Positions 9,905 to 18,800 of a stretch of 32,000 nucleotides of DNA are shown piece after piece. Below the pieces are notes generated by a model, which did not search any database, was not told the DNA's origin, and saw only the letters and a program-made list of their open reading frames with translations. How positions within the stretch are numbered: position 1 is the stretch's first letter; every line of letters starts with the position of its first letter. Position numbers and translations under genes: made by a program. Source of the DNA: an uncultured Hyphobacterium sp. (lineage in GTDB: Bacteria; Bacteroidota; Bacteroidia; Cytophagales; CCMP332); assembly GCA_964351965.1 (NCBI GenBank), contig CAYGPM010000012.1:46827-78826 (forward strand). The letters are read 5' to 3'.

Positions 9905-10125
9905 CCATTCGAAAATGAAGTTAAATGGAATCCCTTACCATAGCCTTTAGGACAAGTTTAGATTATATTTTATATTTGGTATTTCGTGTATTTGATCGTT
10001 TTAGGAGTGAAAATATAAACCTGTTACTTCCTACAGATTTGATGAATATTCTTAATTCGACAGAAAGTGGGATTAGATTATTACACGAATTTTCTTGTAT
10101 AGGAAAATAATAAAAGCATACAATT

Positions 10126-10887
10126 ATGGGATTACCGAGATATGCCTATGATTTGAGGGAGGAATTAGTTAAGTATTTACAAACCGGTAGAATTAAAAAA
10201 AAGGGATATTTAGTTAATGGGGCATTCAAGTTTTTTTTTCAAAACCGGACTGGATTATTAAACATCTCTCATTTTTTTGTGTGGTCATTCAGAGTTTCTG
10301 AAATCAATTATTCTCAAGATTATGCTAAACACTATTTTAATTCAACTGAAGCCTCTTTTGATTTATTATTCAATCGTTGCTTCAAACGTCTATATGAATA
10401 CGATAGTTATCGAGGCAAAGAGAAGATGAATTCAGATGACTCATTTAAAAAATACAAAGTAAACTGGTTTGTGGCCTGGTATCGAGATGAGAAAGGGAAT
10501 TTAAAAAAAGAAACGGTCAAGGGCTTTACGAGTAAATGGTTTTTGAAGAAAGCCAATCAGATAAACAAGGATAGGAGTGAAAGAGAAAAAAATGCTTTCA
10601 TGGATAGGGAGGTCTTTCAAAGATATTCTACGCGTATATACCCAAGCCGAGTATTTCCACCAAAGCTTCGAGAGTTAATTTTTAAAAGAGATAATTATAC
10701 ATGTCAAAACTGTGGTAAAAACAAAGAAAACTGTATTGAAAAGAGCTTAAGATTAGAGGCGCATCATATACAGGCATACCAAGATGGCGGAGACACATGT
10801 TATACTAATGGATTGACTTTATGCAGTGAATGTAATATTGGCATACATCATGCTAAACCATTTAAAGATTTACCAAAACGACTTTAG
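10126..10887 (+). CDS. HNH endonuclease-domain protein
   Basis: The C-terminal CQNCG...LEAHHIQAYQDGGDTCYTNGLTLCSECNIGIHH gives CxxC, HH, N, CxxC and HH. Confidence 0.75.
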   Translation: MGLPRYAYDLREELVKYLQTGRIKKKGYLVNGAFKFFFQNRTGLLNISHFFVWSFRVSEINYSQDYAKHYFNSTEASFDLLFNRCFKRLYEYDSYRGKEKMNSDDSFKKYKVNWFVAWYRDEKGNLKKETVKGFTSKWFLKKANQINKDRSEREKNAFMDREVFQRYSTRIYPSRVFPPKLRELIFKRDNYTCQNCGKNKENCIEKSLRLEAHHIQAYQDGGDTCYTNGLTLCSECNIGIHHAKPFKDLPKRL

Positions 10888-11242
10888 TTTAAGCATTAAA
10901 GATATTGACGAAACCGCCCCAAGACCGGGTAGGGAAGGGGGCATATTTGAGGAGTCCAAACCTTCAGAATATAAGAAACCTGAGCCGAATGTTTCGCAGA
11001 AAAATGAACAAAAAGAAGCGGTGCCAAAGACTGCCTCAATGCTGATAAAGGAAATGGATTACAGCTTGATGGAAAAACTCAAAAATATTGTTTATACAGA
11101 AAAGGTTGGTGGTGATTTTTTTGTCACCCAGAGCAGTATTGCGATTAGGTCCATTAAGGAATTTGTAGAGAATTATAACAAAGAGATTCTGGAGCGTCCG
11201 GACCGGATTAAAGAGACAGAGAGGAAACTCCGGAGGCGTTAG
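10826..11242 (+). CDS. hypothetical protein; C-terminal segment resembles that of ORF 4461-4784
   Basis: The pattern L.(E)KLK.IV...K..G.....Q....I is shared with the parA-adjacent small protein. The start is uncertain (62-nt overlap with the HNH gene; alternatives at 10850 or 11039). Confidence 0.4.
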   Translation: MNVILAYIMLNHLKIYQNDFSLSIKDIDETAPRPGREGGIFEESKPSEYKKPEPNVSQKNEQKEAVPKTASMLIKEMDYSLMEKLKNIVYTEKVGGDFFVTQSSIAIRSIKEFVENYNKEILERPDRIKETERKLRRR

Positions 11243-11424
11243 GAGCATTGGTTATTTGAAAGAGGTGAACTCATAATAAGATCTATTTATTATGGAATTT
11301 TTGCAATATCGCGAGCGATTGACTATTTTCACTAAAGGTTCGATTTGCATTAGAAGCAAGACGTGTTTATCAACACCATAAACGTGCATTTCATTTCGTT
11401 TACGGCGTCTCCAACAGCGCCTTG

Positions 11425-11453
11425 GTTTTGGTCAAACGCGATGCTACCAAAAC
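11425..11453 (+). other. candidate oriT hairpin
   Basis: GTTTTGGT (11425-11432) and ACCAAAAC (11446-11453) form an 8-bp inverted repeat with a 13-nt loop, about 50 nt upstream of the mob operon. Confidence 0.25.
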
Positions 11454-11499
11454 AGTAAAAGCGATTTAAAATAGGTATAGAATTTATTTTCACGTCATT

Positions 11500-11814
11500 A
11501 TGGCAAGACCTAAGAAAGCGGTAAAAAGAGATAAGCAATACAGCGTCCGACTCACCATAGCCGAGGCTAAGCGAATAGAAAAAAGCGCCCATAGCTATGG
11601 GATTTCCGTCTCTGCCTATTTAAGGAAAAAAGGTTTGGGGGATAAAATGAAACCTCCGATTAGTGATATCGAATCAGAGGCCTTCAAACAGCTTCAAGGT
11701 ATTGGTAAGAACCTGAATCAACTCACGCGATATACCCATCAGAAAAAGCTTTTGACTAATGAGGTATTGAAGCTCATAGATCTGACCGATAAAGTTTTGA
11801 AAAAATTGGCATGA
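11500..11814 (+). CDS. relaxosome accessory protein (MobC/RHH type)
   Basis: The N-terminal KQYSVRLTIAEAKRIEKSAHSYGISVSAYLRK is ribbon-helix-helix-like. It overlaps the relaxase start by 4 nt. Confidence 0.7.
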   Translation: MARPKKAVKRDKQYSVRLTIAEAKRIEKSAHSYGISVSAYLRKKGLGDKMKPPISDIESEAFKQLQGIGKNLNQLTRYTHQKKLLTNEVLKLIDLTDKVLKKLA

Positions 11815-12596
11815 TAGGAAAAGTTGTCATCGGAAAATCATTTGCAGGATGCGTTCGCTATGTGATGGAGAAGAAAGGAGCTCAGGTGCTTGATGACTTT
11901 GGGGTTCGTAGCAAGGATGCCACTTTGGTTATAAAGGATTTTAACGTCATTCGAAGAAAGAAGCCTAGCATAAAAAATGCGGTGATGCATACCTCGATTT
12001 CCTTTGCGCACCAGGACATTGTGAATAATGATTTGATGATGCATATTGGTCGGGATTATGTGGAGAAGATGGACATGCAGGAGCATCAGTATTTAATTGT
12101 ACGCCATCAGGATACCCGGCACGAGCATATGCATATTATCTCGAACCGTATTGGCTTTAATGGAGAGGTGGCCAGCGACCGGTGGTGCAAGAACAGGGCA
12201 GCTCATGCCTGTGATGAGTTGGAGGAGAAATATGGGCTGACGATAGCTCGATATCAACAGAATAAAAAAGATGTACGATTAGATAAGGTTCCGGTGATGA
12301 AGCGGGTGAAAGAAGAAATTAGAGGTGCGGTTCAGGAGGGTCTTGATCGGGGCGTGGATGATTTGGATGAATTTATTGAAGGACTTTCTGTTAAGAAGAT
12401 AGAGGTGAAGATAAAAAAGCAGAGTACCGGCAGGATCAATGGTATTTCCTTTGAAAAGGATGGGCTAGCCTTCAAGGGTAGTGCGATCTCCAAAGAATTC
12501 AGCTACGGGAGGTTGAATAAGCGATTGGAAGAGAACTGGTCACAAAATAGACATAGAGGAAGGGGCATGGGTGAAGGAGCGGGATTGAGCATGTAA
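11811..12596 (+). CDS. relaxase/mobilization nuclease
   Basis: HQDTRHEHMHII matches the HxDxxHxHxH histidine triad region. The N-terminal GKSFAGCVRYVMEK is typical of this family. Confidence 0.85.
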   Translation: MIGKVVIGKSFAGCVRYVMEKKGAQVLDDFGVRSKDATLVIKDFNVIRRKKPSIKNAVMHTSISFAHQDIVNNDLMMHIGRDYVEKMDMQEHQYLIVRHQDTRHEHMHIISNRIGFNGEVASDRWCKNRAAHACDELEEKYGLTIARYQQNKKDVRLDKVPVMKRVKEEIRGAVQEGLDRGVDDLDEFIEGLSVKKIEVKIKKQSTGRINGISFEKDGLAFKGSAISKEFSYGRLNKRLEENWSQNRHRGRGMGEGAGLSM

Positions 12597-12620
12597 TTAT
12601 AACTAAAAACAAATACGGAT

Positions 12621-13316
12621 ATGAAATTTGAAGAAAAGGTAATGATCCTTACTGAGTCGCTTATAGAAGCGCTAGGTGCTAGTGCTAAGCTGCATCCTAA
12701 AATTACGGACATGGATTCTAGGTCTAATCTACAGGACAGGGTAGAGGTGATGCTTGAAGTTGCCTCTGAAATACTAGAAACCCAGAACCGGGCAGCAGTG
12801 AGCACTACAATTTCTGAAGAGCTTGTGAAGGTGCGCGAGCAATATGAAAGCATGCCTGCTCTCTTGCAACTCGTAGATCTTTCAATACCAGAAGTGGACG
12901 CAGTTAGCAAGCAGAATAAAGAGATCTACGCTAAGCTAGGGGAGGTGTTAAAAACAATCAATCAAATGAGCGAGGCGGCTCAAGAGAAGGTTGAGTCTGA
13001 ACCAGAGCCGCCTGCAAGCAAGGAAAAATTATTCAAGATTTCTTTTCTTTTGGTATCGGGTCTATTTATGCTCTTTATCGCTTTAGCCAGCTCCCGGTTT
13101 AAGAATCATGACTACTATAAATCCAGTCATCAAAAATACAGTATACTAAGAATACAGGACACCTTAGGGCCTTATGACCTTATTGATCGAGCCTGGAGGG
13201 TAGATAGTATTCGAGAGCAGAATATTGAATGGCTGAACGGCCAGCAAGAAAAGAAAAAATATGAAGCGGAGCGCAGAGAAATAGACCGGAAGTTAGAGAG
13301 AATCAATAACCTGTAG
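12621..13316 (+). CDS. hypothetical coiled-coil membrane protein (third mob-operon gene)
   Basis: 231 aa with one hydrophobic segment (ISFLLVSGLFMLFIALA) and charged flanks. Co-oriented, 25 nt after the relaxase. Confidence 0.5.
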   Translation: MKFEEKVMILTESLIEALGASAKLHPKITDMDSRSNLQDRVEVMLEVASEILETQNRAAVSTTISEELVKVREQYESMPALLQLVDLSIPEVDAVSKQNKEIYAKLGEVLKTINQMSEAAQEKVESEPEPPASKEKLFKISFLLVSGLFMLFIALASSRFKNHDYYKSSHQKYSILRIQDTLGPYDLIDRAWRVDSIREQNIEWLNGQQEKKKYEAERREIDRKLERINNL

Positions 13317-13419
13317 GGCTGCATCGCTTTAAAATTGGCAAGCAATATATATTTCTTACAGGCACTGCTATTAATCTTTATTTATGAATACATGTTTTAC
13401 TTATTAACCCCAACATTGG

Positions 13420-13728
13420 ATGCCGCTTTACGAAACCAAAATTGATGACCTTGAATTTACCACTGTCATATTAGATGGGGGAAAATTTGCCATGAACACC
13501 TTTCCCGAAGAGTTGAAAACAGATCCATTAAAACGCAAAAACTGTTCAGAAATATTGGTTAATGCGATGTTCAAACATCACCCTTTTGACTATAATAAGA
13601 TTCATTGGATCGAATCCTTTGAAGGAGAGGGGCGCATGGAGCTGCTTTATCTCACTAAATATGGTCAAACCATTCGCATTACCGACCGGATTGTCGTGGA
13701 GAGAGAGAAAGTTTTTATTCCGGAATAG
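13420..13728 (+). CDS. hypothetical protein, 102-aa family copy 2
   Basis: Full-length paralog of the ORF at 4953-5261. Confidence 0.6.
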   Translation: MPLYETKIDDLEFTTVILDGGKFAMNTFPEELKTDPLKRKNCSEILVNAMFKHHPFDYNKIHWIESFEGEGRMELLYLTKYGQTIRITDRIVVEREKVFIPE

Positions 13729-13811
13729 ACTGAGTTACATTCATTTGTTTTGCAAAAACTTAGTGAATCACTGAGGTGCTCTAAAATGTTACACATGTTT
13801 TTTAGTCCATC

Positions 13812-14126
13812 TCATTTCTCCAGAATTTTTTTCCGATATCTTGATAGACTTTCACTAACACACATATTTATTTCAATACGCGCCTGTTTGTCCCTGAAAT
13901 AGCACTGTAAAAGTTCATATAAATCGAACTCACCAACTGAGCCTCCTGTTAGGTTCAGATAGGTGACGATAAGCGACACAGTATCGTTAACTTCATTGAC
14001 ATCTAATTTACCCCAATCCTCAGACCCTGTTCGCTTTCTGATCTGAGGTCTTAAGTTTAAAATGTTGTTTTTCTCTTTAATTGAGCCAATGAGAACCTTG
14101 TGTTTTTGTTCAGGTGTTGTTTGCAT
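13812..14126 (-). CDS. hypothetical protein
   Basis: 104-aa ORF. No motif recognised. Confidence 0.4.
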   Translation of the reverse strand: MQTTPEQKHKVLIGSIKEKNNILNLRPQIRKRTGSEDWGKLDVNEVNDTVSLIVTYLNLTGGSVGEFDLYELLQCYFRDKQARIEINMCVSESLSRYRKKILEK

Positions 14127-14194
14127 CGTATTTCTATATGTTTTATTTATTTTACTACAGCCTTAATTAAGCGAATTCGAGTGATTCTTGAAGC

Positions 14195-15877
14195 CTATTG
14201 TTTAACAATTTTTCCTCGGATTATTTGCTCATCTGTGCTTAACGAATAAAAATAAAGCCCTGATGGTAATTCCGAAGTCCGCAATACGAAATTTGTGGTG
14301 CGTTCATTAAAAAGATTTTTACCTCTTTTGATACCCTGAACATCATAGAGCTCTAAAAGTACTTCTCGGTCCGGAGTTTCAGAAAACTCAATATTCAAAT
14401 AATCAGAAACTGGATTGGGATAAATCTTAACTTCCAAGTCTCTATACTCCGAAATCCCATTTGGTTCAAAGATCAGGGTTTTGTTCACCGTATCTCTGCA
14501 ACCGTACCAGTTGCTTATGATGAGTTCTACATCAATTGTATTACTGATGGCTGTATCAAAAAAGACCAGCAGGCTATCATCAGTTCCACTTGTTCCCACA
14601 CTGGTATTCCATTGCCAGGTATAGACGGTGTCAAGGTATTTTAATCCTCCGGAAGAGGTGTCTCGAAGGGTTAGGACGGGGTAGTTATATTCAAAATCAA
14701 AACCAGCCACCGGTGGTTGATAAGAGCAACGATCCGGAATCCATTCTTCACCAACACTATCTATTTTTGCAACCCAGTAGTTGGTTGAATTCAAAGTGTC
14801 GTGATAACCACTTAAAATCAAATCATCATTATCAATCCAGTAATCATAAGCGATTTTAAAATTTGAGGAAGCATTACCATAGGTTAGATTCCAAATTTCT
14901 GATAACGTGGTTTGGTCATTAATTGTAATGGCAAAACTGTTGTTTGAAGTGAGTCTATTGAATATATATGAACTATTGTTTAAAACAACGGGGCCAAAAT
15001 AAATTCCGTTTTGTTGTTGTAAAGATCCGGTAACGATAAGATTTGTGTCTAGACTTAGATATTGCCCAGTGTTTATTGTGAAATTCTGTCTGTTTAAAAG
15101 ACCAATCCCGATATTGTTCTCCGGATGCAAATTTGCATCCTGAAACACCGGGTTTCCTCCTATTGAAGGAGCTCTTATTGAGTCCAAAATGACGCCATCG
15201 AACCCTATTCGAAGTAATAAAATATTATCGTCCCTGTAATCTTCTCCAGCAACGATTAAGCTCCCATCCATCATCTCAACGATATCATGGCCTTCCTGAT
15301 CGCCCGGCATGGGATAATTCTTTTCCCACATCAAATGACCCAGACTATCAATTCGTCTTACAATCACGTCTGCCATTGTATTAGGATATTGATTCCAGCC
15401 TGTTACAACAACAGAATTATCATTTAGTATTAAAGGGCTTCTCACCGTATTAAAAAACCCAAAATATTGATACGTATTTCTCCAAAGGGTGTCTCCCTGC
15501 CCGGTGATTTTATACAAGAAGTCAAAAGTACTTCCCTGAATATAAGTACCTGTTACATAATAATTATTTTCGTTTTGTATTTTAACGATATCTCCTGAAT
15601 AGGAAATATTAACATTGGGCCTTAAAACCCTCTTTTTCCACATCAGGTTTCCACTGAAATCAACTTTAATGATTTCTGCAGTTTCCTGCATTCCTTGCGC
15701 AATATATCGCCCTGTTCCGTATATAAGGTAGCCTGAGTCCGCCTCTGCAATGGAAGTGCTATACTGATCATCTGGCAGATTGATTGAATTCTCCCAAAGC
15801 AATGCCTGTGCTAATGTGAAAATTGGGGAGCATAGAAACGCCCCCAGAATTATTAATAGTTTTATTCTAAAACTCAT
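14195..15877 (-). CDS. secreted T9SS cargo protein (repeat/propeller-like region, PKD-like segment, C-terminal sorting domain)
   Basis: Signal peptide MSFRIKLLIILGAFLCSPIFTLAQA. The C-terminus KIYPNPVSDYLNIEF...GLYFYSL...GKIVKQ matches the Por/T9SS CTD pattern. Confidence 0.8.
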   Translation of the reverse strand: MSFRIKLLIILGAFLCSPIFTLAQALLWENSINLPDDQYSTSIAEADSGYLIYGTGRYIAQGMQETAEIIKVDFSGNLMWKKRVLRPNVNISYSGDIVKIQNENNYYVTGTYIQGSTFDFLYKITGQGDTLWRNTYQYFGFFNTVRSPLILNDNSVVVTGWNQYPNTMADVIVRRIDSLGHLMWEKNYPMPGDQEGHDIVEMMDGSLIVAGEDYRDDNILLLRIGFDGVILDSIRAPSIGGNPVFQDANLHPENNIGIGLLNRQNFTINTGQYLSLDTNLIVTGSLQQQNGIYFGPVVLNNSSYIFNRLTSNNSFAITINDQTTLSEIWNLTYGNASSNFKIAYDYWIDNDDLILSGYHDTLNSTNYWVAKIDSVGEEWIPDRCSYQPPVAGFDFEYNYPVLTLRDTSSGGLKYLDTVYTWQWNTSVGTSGTDDSLLVFFDTAISNTIDVELIISNWYGCRDTVNKTLIFEPNGISEYRDLEVKIYPNPVSDYLNIEFSETPDREVLLELYDVQGIKRGKNLFNERTTNFVLRTSELPSGLYFYSLSTDEQIIRGKIVKQ

Positions 15878-18800
15878 TCAATCATTAATTTTTGTATTTC
15901 AAGAACGGTTCCATCGGCGTACATCACTTTTATTAGGTACATGCCTGATGATAACGCCGAAACATCCAATTGCGTTTCACCGCTTTCTTCCAGTTCAAAT
16001 TCAGCCATTACAATACCCATGCTGTTAAGAACCTGGCAAGATGCCAAATCCGCCTTGTCGTAGGAGCTGCTTAAAGTTACGGTGCGATCTGCTGGATTGG
16101 GGAATAATCTGATATTTCCTTTAGAAAACGACCTGCCAAAACCGCCCGCAATTCTGCTGAGTGGAAAAGGTATATCTAAAACCCTAATACACGGATAGGA
16201 TGGGGGGTTCTGGGATTGGGCAGCAACCCTGACTAATTCAGATGGATATACGGCATCCGTACCCCAATGTTTGGTAGAATCTTCTCCGAGCCATTCATTT
16301 TGATATCTCCAATAGTTCCACCCTACACCTGAGGTCTCTTCATCGGCGTTGGCATCATAGATGGAATACCAACGAATGGGTGGGTCCCAATTGAAGACAT
16401 TAGGCGCAGACCCGCCATTGGTCGAGTCCGGATACCCGTTGGTGGAATCAGCAGGCCATCCATTTCCAGCCGGAGGAAAAACAGCACCACTTCCCCCAAT
16501 ATCATCAGTAATAGCGCCCCCGGCTTCCACATAGATGCCGTATTGAAAGAAGTCGGTGTTGCTGCTTTTAACAAAATTGGTGCAATTCATACTGATGTCA
16601 GTATTTACATCTTGGGGTATATGAATGGCGATCACATTTTCCTCCATTCTACTTTCAAGCAAGCTTAAACCTGTTGATCCCTCTCTCAATTGATAGCCAT
16701 AATCCAATAGTCTGAGTCCGATTGAATCCGCACTGGTAATTGCGTTACTGCTGACACCGATTGAATGATTTAAAGGCTCTGATACAGCGAAGGAGTTACC
16801 ATCACCTGTAACTGTCACACCTTCCATTCTCAATTCCCAATTATCCATATACACCCCAAATAACTTCGTGTCCACTCCTAGAAAATCATATTCGGCTTCC
16901 TGTTGCCAATCTGCCGTAGTCCAGCTTTTCAATTCTATGGAATCATAGCCGAGAACCAATTGATCCACATTCTCAGCAGCATAGATACCGGCTACTTTTG
17001 GCCGTATAACCCATGTGAGTGCCAGGGTATCTATGTGCGCGTTTTCATTGAAATAAACTCCATAGACGTGGTCTGAAATATAGATCATTGAGTCTACACT
17101 GTAGCTGCCACTGACATCCCCATAGGTCCAGTTTTTAGGAAAAATGGAATGCACGCTATTTGAGCTTCCCTGATAAATATCGATGGCTTTATAAGAGCTG
17201 GAATAGGCCTCATTACTAGCATAATCATAGGGGAACAGCATGTCTGTTGTTTCACAACTAAACTCCCCAAAGATCACATCGGCCGAGCCTGGCAAGTCTT
17301 TTATGTTATAATAGGAGACGGAGATATAGTTATTGTGGAATTCATTATTATAACCCTGATAGATATTGGCATCATCCTGGATGGGCGCATCATTGAAATC
17401 CTGATCCGGCCGGATGCCTTTATAGCTGTCCTGCATATAGTTGCCTTCATAAATCAGAGTTGCTTCTTTGTTCAGCTGAATACCGCCCCACATGGTGTCG
17501 CACTGAGCTACAAAACTGGAAACCTGAATCCGCATTGTTACCGAATCATTCAGGTTGATATTCGGCCCTGTTGCCTCTCCTCCTTTTGTTGGAGAATCAT
17601 AATGATAGGCATCCCCCATAAAGTGAAAATCTCCCCTGAGCTCATAGTAGCGTTGTACAGCCGTATTGAGGTCTTCAACCACTAAATAATTTTGATCATA
17701 CACAAATTGTGGATCTATCTCTCCATAAAGTAGTTCCATAGATGATATGCCAGAACAACATCCCTCAGGAACAACATAAGCCCGATAATTTATGGTTGTA
17801 TCAAAACAGCCATTTCCGAGTGTAGATAATACCACCACATCATTCCACCCGGTTATGGTCAATGATAAATTATGGATGCCACTAGCGTCAAAGATAGTAC
17901 CTTGAGATATTCCATTAATAAATAATGTGTGTGTAGCGGATGATGGATAACTCGAATTGGTTATTTGAATTCCTGAATACTGACAATAGATGTCATTGGC
18001 AGTGGAAGAGGTTATTTGGATGGTATCCGTTGGTAAAGGGAGCGTGTCAATATCGACCAACAAGGTGTCTGTATAATATATACAGCCGGCAGGATTGGTA
18101 ATGATCACCCAATAATTCCCATCGCCATTAATGCTGGATAGCGTGCTTCCGGTATTGGTATTTCCATTATACACTTCAAACGTATAGTAAGGCGGGCTTT
18201 TGGGCTGATTGATTGTAGGTGAAATGACAAAAGTATTGTTTAAAGGCTCACCTGGGCAATAGGCCGTGTCCCCCGATAAAGATAATGTAAATGGCTCCTG
18301 TGCGTATGCTGATGTAATAGTAATGACGTTACTTGTATCCAAGCAGCCGGTGCTTAAATCAGTAGTAACTAAGAAGAAATCCCCAGGGTGTTTTGCTATT
18401 AACTGGTTTGTGGAGGCAAAAGGCACTTGAGAAGTGTGTCCATTATCATTGGTAAAGTTCCATTGAAAAGAATGATTCGAATAATTTGAAGAACTATCTA
18501 AGGTTAATGTCGGGAATCCAGTACTCAGCCCCCCTCCACTTGGATTGCAAATAATAGTATTTGGCCCTGTTGATGAGATGTTAGTGTTCATTCCTTTAAA
18601 GATTATGAATGTAGATTGAATCCCAATATCACAGGTATCGTTTTTATTAATAACTTCTACGTAGTACCAAAAACTAGCACTATCATATCCTGAAATTAGT
18701 AAGGTAGAGTCCAAACTAATAGGTGCATTACCATTGCTGGGATATCCCAAATACCATTTATGTTGATAATTTGTATTACCTGAAAAATTAGTTCTTAATA

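Noticed and set aside
11350-11592. Listed 80-aa minus-strand ORF upstream of the mob operon
   Set aside because: It overlaps the start of the RHH mob gene in antisense and covers the presumptive oriT region. No motifs were found.
16323-17685. Internal and antisense ORFs inside the 1341-aa gene; similar shadow ORFs occur at 722-925, 1226-1447, 11838-12086, 12503-12910, 14590-14859, 18872-19369 and 25222-25565
   Set aside because: They are embedded in, or antisense to, much longer ORFs with clear domain signatures, so they are typical shadow ORFs.
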